Made by a program: the position numbers and the translations under genes. The notes under the pieces were generated by a model. That model was not told the DNA's origin. It ran no database searches and saw nothing but the letters and a program-made list of their open reading frames with translations. Below, one piece after another: positions 20,806 to 30,275 of a stretch of 64,000 bases of DNA (within the stretch, counting starts at the first letter, position 1; each line of letters begins with the position of its first letter). Origin of the DNA: an uncultured Gammaproteobacteria bacterium (GTDB lineage Bacteria > Pseudomonadota > Gammaproteobacteria > Chromatiales > Chromatiaceae); the NCBI GenBank assembly GCA_963797085.1, contig CAWCOA010000025.1:80065-144064 (forward strand), in the 5' to 3' direction.

Positions 20806-21558
20806 TTATCCGGTAATTCCCCTGAATCCGGGAAGACCGCGCGCCCCCGGGCTGGTCGCCAGAAACATGGCTTCGTCAATAATATCCTTTCCTTCTTCAG
20901 TGAGTAGCAACTCTCCGTCCTTGTTCAGGGTATAAAGGTAATCATCGATATCGTATTCACCATCGAGGATGTGTGGATCGAGGAGGATGCACATGCGGAA
21001 GTAGTTGGCCCACATGAACTCCGCGAAGTCTGCATCGGTCTTGAGATATCCATAACGATCGCGCACCAGCCATGCCAGGCTGCGGTAGGGATCGAACTTG
21101 AGATCTTTGATGTGCGAGGGCAGCTTGTCGGGTGGTTGGGGGCCACCACCTTCGTGGTCAAAGAGGTATACCCAGTTGTTAGCGTACATCTGCTTCCAGA
21201 AGTAGAGGTGGCTAAGGCTGCTTGTATTCGCCAGCACCTCCACGTAAACGCAGATCTCATCGCCAAGCGTTTTGTGCAATGCTTCATGCAGTGCACGGAC
21301 CAGATGGTGATGATCCACGAGGTAGAATTTGTTCCCTCTTATTACCACCGGAACCGGCCTGACACGAAGATAATCGTGCAGTCTACCGGGATCCTTCTGG
21401 TATTTTTTCCGTAGGCCAACCGCACGAATCTCCACCTCGGCCCTGCCCACAGCGAACTGGGTGGGCGAGAGATTGTACAAGCAGAGTTTATACAGCTCAC
21501 CCTTCTTGCCTTTCTCGGTGCACCAGGGAAACTCCTCGTCACAAAGTTGTTTGCTCAT
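20806..21558 (-). CDS. ParB-like nuclease domain protein (ParBc_2-type), intact
   Basis: LSPTQFAVGRAEVEIRAVGLRKKYQKD..VRPVPVVIRGNKFYLVDHHHLVRAL matches my recollection of the putative ParB-like nuclease family. The 250-aa ORF is uninterrupted. Confidence 0.6.
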   Translation of the reverse strand: MSKQLCDEEFPWCTEKGKKGELYKLCLYNLSPTQFAVGRAEVEIRAVGLRKKYQKDPGRLHDYLRVRPVPVVIRGNKFYLVDHHHLVRALHEALHKTLGDEICVYVEVLANTSSLSHLYFWKQMYANNWVYLFDHEGGGPQPPDKLPSHIKDLKFDPYRSLAWLVRDRYGYLKTDADFAEFMWANYFRMCILLDPHILDGEYDIDDYLYTLNKDGELLLTEEGKDIIDEAMFLATSPGARGLPGFRGITG

Positions 21559-21730
21559 GAGAACTCAACCCATCTATTCCAGTTACGAACTCAATACTTT
21601 ACATGAAGACTGCGAAGATGCCAGGTGAATCGAACCATCGGTTGTTAAACCGATCAGCTATCACCGTAGCGTAGAAAATGGTTATGCGGAAATGTCTCTC
21701 GGGTCCTGGGCGGCTAAGCGGGGTATGAAT

Positions 21731-21765
21731 TGCCTTGGTCGCTATTGCTGATGACGACCAAGGCA
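21731..21765 (-). terminator. stem-loop downstream of hdeA copy 1 (possible terminator, no U-tract)
   Basis: TGCCTTGGTCG (21731-21741) pairs perfectly with CGACCAAGGCA (21755-21765) around a 13-nt loop, about 43 nt after the hdeA stop on the minus strand. Confidence 0.3.
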
Positions 21766-21807
21766 CGTGGAGGATAACAGAAAACGTTAGTTACCCGGCC
21801 AGCGATT

Positions 21808-22146
21808 CTAGTCGTCTTCCATTTTGTCCAGATCAGCGGGTTTCGTATGTGTCTTGAAATAGTGTTTTACTTTATCCAAGACTGACGACTGCTTTTCCTT
21901 GTGGCACTCGGTGAGGACATAGGCCACTGGAGTCACATACTCATCCACATCAATCGCTTCAACCTCGCCCGACTTGCCATGCAGCCAATACACCACAACA
22001 GGTTGCACTTCCTCATCGAGCGCGATGAATTCCTCGCAGGTCATTTTTTCGGGCTTGACCTGTTTACCGGCAATGGCGGGAGCGCCGGCAATGGATAACG
22101 CCAGGATACTAACAACTAACGGCAAGACTTTTATACTTGTTTTCAT
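21808..22146 (-). CDS. hdeA: HdeA/HdeB-family periplasmic acid-stress chaperone, copy 1 (intact)
   Basis: Signal peptide MKTSIKVLPLVVSILALSIAGAPAIA is followed by KMTCEEFIALDEEVQPVVVYW..VTPVAYVLTECHKEKQSSVLDKVK. This aligns with E. coli HdeA WTCEDFLAVDESFQPTAV..VTPAIVQACTQDKQANFKDKVK, and both Cys are conserved. GAGGAG RBS. Confidence 0.78.
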   Translation of the reverse strand: MKTSIKVLPLVVSILALSIAGAPAIAGKQVKPEKMTCEEFIALDEEVQPVVVYWLHGKSGEVEAIDVDEYVTPVAYVLTECHKEKQSSVLDKVKHYFKTHTKPADLDKMEDD

Positions 22147-22314
22147 CAGAATTATCTCCTCATTATCAAAGGTGACAACGACGGCTGTCGTCATCCACAT
22201 GAAAGCTCGCACATGACATGCTTTTATTTGAACTTAATATTGCGATGACAGAGTCCATATCACTTAACCACTATGGGGCGTCGCCCGGCACCCCGTAGCG
22301 CCATCAACCCCGCC

Positions 22315-23299
22315 TTATTCATGATCGCGGTTGCGCTTCTTTACTTCACCACCCGAATTGCGCTGCATCATGCGCTCGAGCCTCTGCTGTTCCGCAGCGT
22401 GCGCTTGAGCCTGTGCACGTTGTTCCGCCGCCTGCTGATTGCTTAGCCTATCGTTATCCTGGGCTTTGGTCTGTTGTGTGGCGCGGATACTCTGCAGGGC
22501 TTTCCGCTCGGCAGCTTGCTGCTCGTCAAGACGGTCGCGGGGCCCTTGGCTCACTGTCTTGGCGGTCTCTTCTCCGGTCCGTGGACGAGACACTTGAACC
22601 TCTTTTGGCTGCACGCCTATCTGCATTGCCGCAGGGCTTTCGACAGCCCGAATCCGGGTGCACTCGAGCTTTCGCCCTGTTGCTTTCTCGATTCGCTCGG
22701 CGGCCACTCCGCGATTGATCATACGTCCTTTATCCCACGACAATGTTACGACACGAGGGGTCTCTCGTAGGAGCGACTCGTTACGCGCGGATATGACCAC
22801 GACATCCGACAGGCGGGGAGCAAGAAATTGTCGCTGTGGCACAAACACCCAACTAGGAGGTGCGAGTGCAACCTCTGCATCAAAGGCCATCTCCGGCCCC
22901 AGTGGAGCCCAGCCAATGAATTCGTCGCCGTAACGCCATTCGACCCAGGCCGGCGCCCATATGTCATCGGGCGACCAGTGCCATCCTTCCAGATCATCGA
23001 AGACCCAGCGACCATAGTGAAACGGCGCCCAGCCCCATTCGAAGTCCGAGTTCCAATACCACCCGTCATCCTCGGTCATCACCCAATGACCTTGGGTAAG
23101 GCCGCCAGCCTAGGCTAACAGCCGTTGGCGTCCAGACCTCGCCATACTGCGGATGGCGGGTCCAATTCCCATAGGGAGCAAGCCGTTCTCGATAGGCTTC
23201 CGCCTTGGCTTCACGTTCGGTAGCCGCCACCGACTGCATGCTAATAAGTATTGTGGTCACTGCGATCAACATTAAGGCTATGTTTCGAATCGTCAGCAT
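22315..23299 (-). pseudogene. secreted Trp/Gly-rich repeat protein (HYGRW type, DUF6600/YXWGXW-like) with one frameshift
   Basis: MLTIRNIALMLIAVTTILISMQSVAA..YGEVWTPTAVSLGWRPY is followed by a frame change at about 23103-23108 (ccttacccaagg lacks one base) into TQGHWVMTEDDGWYWNSDFEWGWAPFHYGRWVFDD.. with a Q/A-rich tail. Confidence 0.6.
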
Positions 23300-23680
23300 G
23301 TGTCTCTCCTCGCATTGGTATTTCAGTATGTGATTTTTATTTGCAACTCCATCTGGTTGGGCAGCGGGCAAGTTCTAGTAGTTCTTTGGTCTTTCTCATT
23401 CACATTTGTGCTCTGTATATTCTGCGACAGACTGTAATCACGGATCGTGCATGGCGTATTGCCTATGCAGCAGGGTACGCACAGATCATGCAATTGTGGC
23501 TGGATGGCGACGGGACAGAAAACTCCCAGTCTTCTCTGAACCTACAGGAGTCAACCAGGCATTGCTATACGCGTTACTCCGTATACAATCTGCTGAATCC
23601 TTATTCGAGGTTGTATTGCGAGTACAATGCCTCTGCTGTGCTGCGAAATCAGGAAACCTATCGGTGTGCTAAAAAGAAAC

Positions 23681-24202
23681 TTATTGACGCCGACCGCGTT
23701 CGAGCATGTTCCATTGCACCAGCATGCCGACAGCAGCCAGAACCAGAAAGCTCACGACTGCAACGCCTGATTGTAAAGCAAACACAGAGACGATCGCAGC
23801 CGCCCCGGCGAGAGCAGACAACACAATAATCGTCCAGTCTGTCAGCAGCACCGCAAGCAAAGCGCCGAGAATTCCGGCGACATAGGGTGTAACTGCCGGC
23901 ATATTGGCGAAGCCCAGTTTGTCCGCATAGACTATTACCAGAAACACCGCTGCATAAAAACCGGCCAGCGCAAATGCAACACGCTCGTAAACAATCGCCA
24001 ATACCGCACCAATCAGGCCCATACCGATACCGGCAACAAGCGCCAACCACATGGGCTGATCAGCCAGCAAACTTTGGGCAAGCTCGGTGCCAAACAAAAA
24101 ACCGATGACTGCGATAAACAGCCAGAAGATATTTCTCCCGGCCAGAAGCACCGTAAAGCCAAGTAATACTCGAACTGCGTCGTTAATAGATATTGATTCC
24201 AT
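23681..24202 (-). CDS. hypothetical multi-pass membrane protein
   Basis: Uninterrupted 173-aa ORF with five to six hydrophobic helices (LLGFTVLLAGRNIFWLFIAVIGFLFG..). I recognise no family motif. Confidence 0.5.
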   Translation of the reverse strand: MESISINDAVRVLLGFTVLLAGRNIFWLFIAVIGFLFGTELAQSLLADQPMWLALVAGIGMGLIGAVLAIVYERVAFALAGFYAAVFLVIVYADKLGFANMPAVTPYVAGILGALLAVLLTDWTIIVLSALAGAAAIVSVFALQSGVAVVSFLVLAAVGMLVQWNMLERGRRQ

Positions 24203-24346
24203 ATCACAGTCCTCTGTCTACACCTGATGCAAATAGTACAGTAAGCTAGTGACTTTACAACCAGGGCTCCGGGACAATCTCAGTGCATCCGGCGTGCAGT
24301 CACCTGGAAATTCTCAACAGCAAGTTCCACACGGGAGAAAAATCAA

Positions 24347-24888
24347 TGAATCGAAAATCCATTCGCACCGTAAACGCCTGTTTTGGGCATGCGTGCCTTT
24401 ACTGGTACTGTCGATCAACACACCAACGACCGCTGCCACTGATGCCGGCGACTCTCCAAAACCCGGGAGCTATTGCCCGGCTACGGATGTCCTGCTAATT
24501 GTGGCGGAAGACATCTCTGCCAGCCTGGATCTGGCCATGCGCTCCAAGGCAGCGCTGGTGAATAACGATAGTTCGATAGCAATCAGTGAGCTGACCTCCG
24601 CCGGAACCACCTTGCGACTTGCCGCCAGTCGTGGCGCGGCGGCACGCACTAATCCTGTTGCTAGATGCCATCATACAGGCTAAGGCGGGGGAGAATTATG
24701 CACAGATGCTTACATGGTTCCCGCTGTTGCATAGCTCCCTGCGAACCTTATCAGACGATGCGGTGGAAAGCGCCGCGGATGAATTAATTGGCCGCGCCGA
24801 GGAGATCATGCAGGGTGGCAAAGAAGGAAACCCAATAGAGCTTCTCAAACAGGCGCGCCACATACTGGCCTGTGACGGCCTGGACTGA
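24347..24888 (+). pseudogene. small secreted protein gene, two frameshifts
   Basis: ATG 24347 (MNRKSIRT) shifts near 24365-24380 into ..KRLFWACVPLLVLSINTPTTAATDA.. (signal peptide) ..SELTSAGTTLRLAA. A second shift at about 24620-24655 leads into ..ILLLDAIIQAKAGENYAQMLTWFPLL..ARHILACDGLD. Confidence 0.45.
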
Positions 24889-24950
24889 GGTGGTCTAATA
24901 GATTTGTACAACCCAGTTAAGCATAATCAACTTAACTGAGGTAATTGAAA

Positions 24951-25243
24951 ATGACAGTAAGAAAACAGTATTCAAAAGAATTCAAATTAGATGCAATCAG
25001 CCTGGTCCTTGAGCAAGGTTATACCCGTCTGAGGCAGCCAGAAGCCTTGATATTAGACCTGACCTGATGGGACGTTGGGTAAGAGAGCATCAGGCAGATG
25101 ATGGTCAAGCCTTCCGTGGAAATGGAAAATTGACACCTGAGCAGGAGGAAATCAGAAAGCTCAAGGCCCAGGTAAAGCGACTGCAGATGGAGAAAGAAAT
25201 CTTAAAAAAAGCCACGGTATTCTTTGCAGCAGAAACGAAGTGA
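24951..25243 (+). pseudogene. IS3 orfA (HTH) with a 1-nt deletion
   Basis: MTVRKQYSKEFKLDAISLVLEQGYTR is followed by a frame change near 25028-25030 into SEAARSLDIRPDLMGRWVREHQ..LKAQVKRLQMEKEILKKATVFFAAETK. The span is 293 nt, not a multiple of 3. The first frame stops at TGA 25065-25067. Confidence 0.85.
25204..25211 (+). other. programmed -1 ribosomal frameshift site of the IS3 element (AAAAAAAG)
   Basis: An A7G run lies inside ..EILKKAT.. of orfA. The -1 frame continues KKSHGILCSRNEVKYSF into orfB, the classical IS3 OrfAB arrangement. Confidence 0.6.
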
Positions 25244-26118
25244 AATACTCGTTCATCACCCAACATAAGAATACCTATCCCATCAGCCTGCAGTGTCAGG
25301 TATTGGGTGTGAAGCGTAGTGGTTATTACCATTACCAATCCAGTCAGGCCAGTAAGCCAGATGACTCAAAGCACCAGGAGATGCTGGAATGGGTCAAGGA
25401 TATTGCCGAAAGCTCTGACTATAGCTATGGCAGCCGCCGTATGAAGAGAGCATTGAATGCCTTGAGCTTTCCTGTGAGCCGCAACAAGGCGAGGAAACTG
25501 ATGCGAGAGGCTGGCGTACAGGCCAAGCAGCGCAAGAAATACAAGGTAACCACTAACAGCAATCACAAACAGCCTGTTTATGAAAACCTCGTGAAACGAC
25601 AGTTTGATGTGCCCCAGCCAGATCAGGTCTATGCCGCAGATATCACCTATGTCTGGACACAGGAAGGCTGGCTGTATCTGGCGGTTGTGATTGATCTGTG
25701 TTCCCGGAAAGTTGTGGGTTGGAGCATGAGTTCACGGATGAAAACCCAATTGGTGTGTGATGCCTTGAAAATGGCCATCTGGCAGCGCCGACCGAAAGCG
25801 GGATTGATCCATCATTCAGATCGGGGATCGCAGTATGCCAGCAGAGATTTCCGTCGATTGCTCAAAGCTCATGGTATTAAAGGCAGTATGAGCCGGAAAG
25901 GAGATTGTTGGGACAATGCGGTAGTTGAGAGCTTCTTCGGTAGCCTGAAACAAGAAAGGGTGCAATGGAGAAGCTACCAGACACGCTATGAAGCACAACA
26001 GGATATATTGAACTACATATCCATGTTTTATAACAGCCAGAGATTGCACTCATACTTGGATTACACCAGCCCCAATGACTATGAAAAACAATTAATGGAA
26101 ATGAAAAAAGTGGCTTAA
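25240..26118 (+). CDS. IS3 orfB, DDE transposase catalytic domain
   Basis: DDE residues are found in YAADITYVWT, LIHHSDRGSQYAS and CWDNAVVESFFGSLKQE. The 292-aa ORF is open. Confidence 0.9.
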   Translation: MKYSFITQHKNTYPISLQCQVLGVKRSGYYHYQSSQASKPDDSKHQEMLEWVKDIAESSDYSYGSRRMKRALNALSFPVSRNKARKLMREAGVQAKQRKKYKVTTNSNHKQPVYENLVKRQFDVPQPDQVYAADITYVWTQEGWLYLAVVIDLCSRKVVGWSMSSRMKTQLVCDALKMAIWQRRPKAGLIHHSDRGSQYASRDFRRLLKAHGIKGSMSRKGDCWDNAVVESFFGSLKQERVQWRSYQTRYEAQQDILNYISMFYNSQRLHSYLDYTSPNDYEKQLMEMKKVA

Positions 26119-26211
26119 CTGGGTTGTATCAAAAAGCTTGACCACGTCACCCTGTCGCTGGTGGACTCAAACGTTTATCGAATATCCGCAAACGCTACGA
26201 TATACCATTCC

Positions 26212-26549
26212 TTACTTGTCCTTCATTATTTCCGGATCAGCGGATTTCTTATCTTTCTTGAAATAGTGTTTTATTTTGTCCCAGACGGTCGCTTCCTTTT
26301 CCTTTTGACACTCGGTAACGGCATAGGCCACAGGAGTCTGGTACTCGTCGATTTCAATCACCTCGATCTCACCCGATTTGCCATGCAGCCAATACACCAC
26401 AACGGGCTGCACTTCCTCATCGAGCGCGATGAATTCCTCACAGGTCATTTTTCCGGCTTGACCTGTTTCCCGGCAATCGCGGGAACGGTGGCCATGGATA
26501 AGGCGAGCGTTGCGGTAAATAACAGCAAGGCGGAGTAACGTATAGTCAT
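26212..26549 (-). pseudogene. hdeA: HdeA/HdeB-family chaperone, copy 2, frameshifted between signal peptide and mature part
   Basis: MTIRYSALLLFTATLALSMATVPAIAGKQVKPEK changes frame into MTCEEFIALDEEVQPVVVYWLHGKSGEIEVIEIDEYQTPVAYAVTECQKEKE.. Copy 1 has catTTTTTTcggg where copy 2 has catTTTTTccgg (26448-26452), one base shorter. Confidence 0.78.
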
Positions 26550-26858
26550 TCGGATCATCTCCATATTGTTCGAGTTAGATGTGACTGAGAACGGTTGTCG
26601 CCAGTACACAGGGTTTGAAATGACCTTCTGAATAAAGTTCAAGAAAGGGAGAATACTCAGATCATACAATCAGACTGTTCAAGGATTGCCATAAAACATA
26701 TAGTTAAGTGCGTTGGGTATCGTTCTCTTCTGTATATATATCCACTGACTGGACATTGCGACCAGGTTACGTTGCTCGTTCAGTGTTGTGAGTTTCAACA
26801 AACAAACCAACTGCGCATGAAGTGATACTCAATCTGAGCTGTCATCGGCATTGCGTTT

Positions 26859-27724
26859 TTACATGGAGCGCGAACCACCACGCGGCATCCGAAAAGGCCG
26901 AATCGCAGTGGTTGTCTCACTGACTTCCGTGTTGATGCTCACCATCCAGTCCGCATACTCGGGGTCGAGGATTTTTAGGGTTTCTACCATTTCCTGCTTG
27001 TAGGCACTCTCAATAGGCCCGCTACGACCAGGCCAGATCCGGAACTTGACGCGCACAAAGACGCGTCCAACCGGTGTCGAACTACTTGGCCCTGTTTCCG
27101 GTACATCACGCAGAATACCGGGGAATTGTTCCACGAACCCCTGGGTTATGGCCTTGACTTTAGCCAACATCAGCTTCGTTTTATCTTCCTGAGAAGAAAG
27201 CGTGATATTGGCAAAACAGCGTACATAGCCACGCGGATAGACAATGTCCGGTTGGGGATGAATACCTGCGCGCCAAGCGGACTGAGCAGAACCGTAAAAC
27301 GCATGCCGATACTCTGTACAGTACCCGTCTGGGTGGATATCTCCACCAGATCATCCACTTCAAACAGATCGGAAAAAATCACCGTCAAGCCGGTAACCAC
27401 ATCCTGTACCAATCCCTGTGAGCCGAAACCAATCGCCAGGCCAAGTATTGAAGCACTGGCGAGATAGGCGGTCAGGGATACACCGAACTCCTGCAACACC
27501 AGGCCCAGCGCACCGAAATAGAGCGAAAACACCAATATGCTAGCCATCAAGCCGGCCAGGGTGCGCAGTTTTGCCCAGCGTTGAATCACGTCGGTCGACG
27601 CTAACCGTTGTGTAAGATGTCGAATAGCACGCACACACAGATGCGCAGCGGCGACAATCAACAGAACAAGCAGGATGCGCTCGGTAGTGCTCAGTCCGCT
27701 GATGGAAAAGGTTTCTAGTGTCAT
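26859..27724 (-). pseudogene. MscS-family small-conductance mechanosensitive channel with one frameshift
   Basis: ..ASILGLAIGFGSQGLVQDVVTGLTVIFSDLFEVDDLVEI..GAQVFIPNR changes frame near 27243-27248 into TIVYPRGYVRCFANITLSSQEDKTKLMLAKVKAITQGFVEQFPG.. Confidence 0.85.
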
Positions 27725-27816
27725 GCTGCCATTTGAGTAGCCACTCAGGGGTAAAGCCTCATCGACTCAATTTAATGTTTAAAATTGCTTGATTATAAAC
27801 TGTCGGAATTGATACG

Positions 27817-29211
27817 TCAGAGATAAGGTGAAAACAGCCACGCGAAGGCGTCGCGTACGCGGACCGGTAATCTGCGGCCATCGACCCCCGCCAGTGTTTC
27901 TTCGCTGGATATCGCTCTTATCTGTTCGAAGTGCTCACTCAAAACCGTAATCAACGATTGATCGAAAACCTCGACGACCAGCTCAAAGTTCAAGCGCAAA
28001 CTGCGTGGATCCAGATTGGCCGAGCCGATATGGGCGTACTCATCATCGATCAGCAGAAATTTACTGTGGGCGAAGGGTGGTGGTTGATAGTAGATTCTGA
28101 CGCCAAACTGCAGAAGTTCCCATAAGATGTTGCGTGTGGCCCAATGGGCCAGTAATTGGTTGGTGTTTCCGGGTAAAATCACCGCAACGTCCACCCCGCG
28201 CAGTGCAGCCGACTGCAGGGCATTGACCAGCGTGGCCGGGGGTAAAAAGTAAGGTGTCATGATCGCAACGCGGCGGCATGCCAGCGCCACGGCGCCGGTC
28301 AATATCATGGTAAGTTTGCCAAGATCTTCGTTCGGCCCATCGGTAATAGTGCGGCAAACAACATTACCGCTGCCAGGAGTATTCGCGTTTCGGGGCTGGA
28401 TTCGCTCTCCTGTAGCAAACGCCCAATCCTCATCGAACACCTGTTGCATCTGATCAATGACAGGCCCTTGTATGCGAAAATGAATGTCGCTGATGCCCGG
28501 CAGTCCATTGGGTCGGGTTCGAAGATGTCGGTCGCCGATGTTCATCCCGCCGGTAAAACCAATCACGTTATCCACCACCAGCAGTTTGCGGTGATTGCGG
28601 AGATTGAGATGGACTGCCGGCGGCAGTATGCGGGGCGGGATAAAGCGCGCGACTCTGACGCCCTGCCGCTTTAACAGCCTGCCTGCCCCTGGAAAGCTGT
28701 ATAGTTCGCCAATACCATCGAGCAGCACCCGAACTTCGACACCACGGGTGCGGGCGGCATCAAGTACATCGATGAAGGCATGTCCGGTAAGATTGGTCTC
28801 GAATATATAAGAGGCGAGGCACACTGAATACCGGGCTTGAGCGATGGCATCGAGCATCGAAGCATAGGCGCTGTCACCATCAAAAAAAAGTTGCAGTGAA
28901 TTATTACCTACCAGTGAGCGCTGCGTAATAGCAGCGGAAGAACGCGCCAGCGCAGCAATTAATGGTTGTGCTGACAGTACCGGAGGCAGTGTTTCCATGC
29001 TAGTCGTGTTGACATCATCTGGATTTTCGTAGCCGATTTTCAGGCGCTTCGATGGCGCACCTTTGAGATGATGCGCGCGCGTACGCAGCCGGTTTATGCC
29101 GAACAGGTAATACAGTAGCGGACCGACAATGGGATAGGCAAGGCATACCGCGATCCATCCCAAGGCCGCTCTTGGATCACGCTTGTACAGTAATGCATGT
29201 CCGGCACTCAC
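27817..29211 (-). CDS. cls: cardiolipin synthase (two HKD motifs); start codon uncertain
   Basis: HKD motifs are HRKLLVVDNVIGFTGGMNIGD and HSKFLLIDDEYAHIGSANLD. The track start is GTG 29211, but the in-frame upstream IDLNNAWILLITHTVLAVV looks like TM1. It begins at an ATC (29263-29265) directly after a TAA, with AGAGAG upstream. Confidence 0.88.
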   Translation of the reverse strand: MSAGHALLYKRDPRAALGWIAVCLAYPIVGPLLYYLFGINRLRTRAHHLKGAPSKRLKIGYENPDDVNTTSMETLPPVLSAQPLIAALARSSAAITQRSLVGNNSLQLFFDGDSAYASMLDAIAQARYSVCLASYIFETNLTGHAFIDVLDAARTRGVEVRVLLDGIGELYSFPGAGRLLKRQGVRVARFIPPRILPPAVHLNLRNHRKLLVVDNVIGFTGGMNIGDRHLRTRPNGLPGISDIHFRIQGPVIDQMQQVFDEDWAFATGERIQPRNANTPGSGNVVCRTITDGPNEDLGKLTMILTGAVALACRRVAIMTPYFLPPATLVNALQSAALRGVDVAVILPGNTNQLLAHWATRNILWELLQFGVRIYYQPPPFAHSKFLLIDDEYAHIGSANLDPRSLRLNFELVVEVFDQSLITVLSEHFEQIRAISSEETLAGVDGRRLPVRVRDAFAWLFSPYL

Positions 29212-29598
29212 TACGGCAAGTACGGTATGTGTAATAAGCAGGATCCAGGCGTTGTTCAGATCGATTTACTCTCTATCAGATTCAACAGGACCAGCACTCA
29301 TGACATGGAAGGTCATTATGAGTAGAAGGGGGAGATTGTGCTGGAAATCTTTTCGCAGTGTCAATCAAGACGTCAAAATCTGTGCGTCGTTGATAGGGTT
29401 ATGCGGTAGCTTTTATTCAAGATGCGCTAAGCATTAAATCGCAGCAGGAGCCAGACAGCTTCAAAGCCAGGTACAATACTATCTGTTTCTGATGGAAAAA
29501 AGTTTACGGGGTAAATAAACTGTCACTGCCAGCTTCCAGATGTGACGCTATATCAGTTACCATGTGCCACCCATTCTGACTACCCGAGTGAATCTGCA

Positions 29599-30198
29599 AT
29601 GACAGCATCTTCGATTGAAAACTCCCGGCATTCGTTCCCTACACGCCTGTTTCACATGATGCTGGCCATGGCGATTCTGCTTCAGGTGATCACGAGTCTA
29701 GTGATGACCGCACCGCTGGAAGGCAGGCATGAGGACTGGCTGTTCGTGGTGCACGAGTATTCCGGGATCACCTCGCTGCTGCTGGCGTTAGGGTTCTGGC
29801 TGGTTGTGGCGCTGCGACGCCGCGGCACACAAGTCGCACTTTTGTATCCGTGGTTCTCATTCATGAGGCGTGAAGCGGTATGGAAGGATCTCAGCGGTAT
29901 CTGGAGACAGATCAAACAACTCAAAGCACCGGAGTATCATGTCGAGAACCCACTCGCTTCGGCCGTACATGGACTCGGCCTGCTCCTGATGACCACAATG
30001 GCTGTCAGCGGGGCCCTGTTTTTTTTCGCGATGCGCTTCGACGCCACAGGAAGCACCTGGGCGAGCATTGACATCGAAATCCACGGGATACTCGCAAGCC
30101 TTGTCTGGGCTTATTTGATTGGCCATGCAGGCCTTGCTGCGATTCATCACTTTTCGAGGCAGATGAACCTGAGAGAAATGTGGTCTGTGCGGAAATAA
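29599..30198 (+). CDS. cytochrome b561 family protein
   Basis: Four helices carry conserved His residues: FPTRLFHMMLAMAILLQV, VVHEYSGITSLLLALGFW, AVHGLGLLLMTTMAVSG and EIHGILASLVWAYLIGHAGLAAIHHF. Confidence 0.78.
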   Translation: MTASSIENSRHSFPTRLFHMMLAMAILLQVITSLVMTAPLEGRHEDWLFVVHEYSGITSLLLALGFWLVVALRRRGTQVALLYPWFSFMRREAVWKDLSGIWRQIKQLKAPEYHVENPLASAVHGLGLLLMTTMAVSGALFFFAMRFDATGSTWASIDIEIHGILASLVWAYLIGHAGLAAIHHFSRQMNLREMWSVRK

Positions 30199-30275
30199 CA
30201 CTGATCTCCCATTGTCTGGGGATTGTCATTATCCATCCTACGGTTTTTCGTGCGTCACTACGATAGAAAAAAAGA

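Larger units (their letters stand above)
24905..26131 (+). mobile_element. IS3-family insertion sequence (1227 bp)
   Basis: Terminal inverted repeats TGTACAACCCAGTTAAG (24905-24921) and CTTAACTGGGTTGTATCA (26114-26131), with TG..CA ends. It has an orfA/orfB arrangement with an A7G slippery site. No flanking direct repeat is visible. Confidence 0.9.

Noticed and set aside
23251-23829. 192-aa ORF in the 23.3-23.8 kb region
   Set aside because: It overlaps the 5' end of the Trp-rich secreted-protein gene and the 3' end of the membrane-protein gene on the opposite strand. Its composition looks random and I see no RBS or motif.
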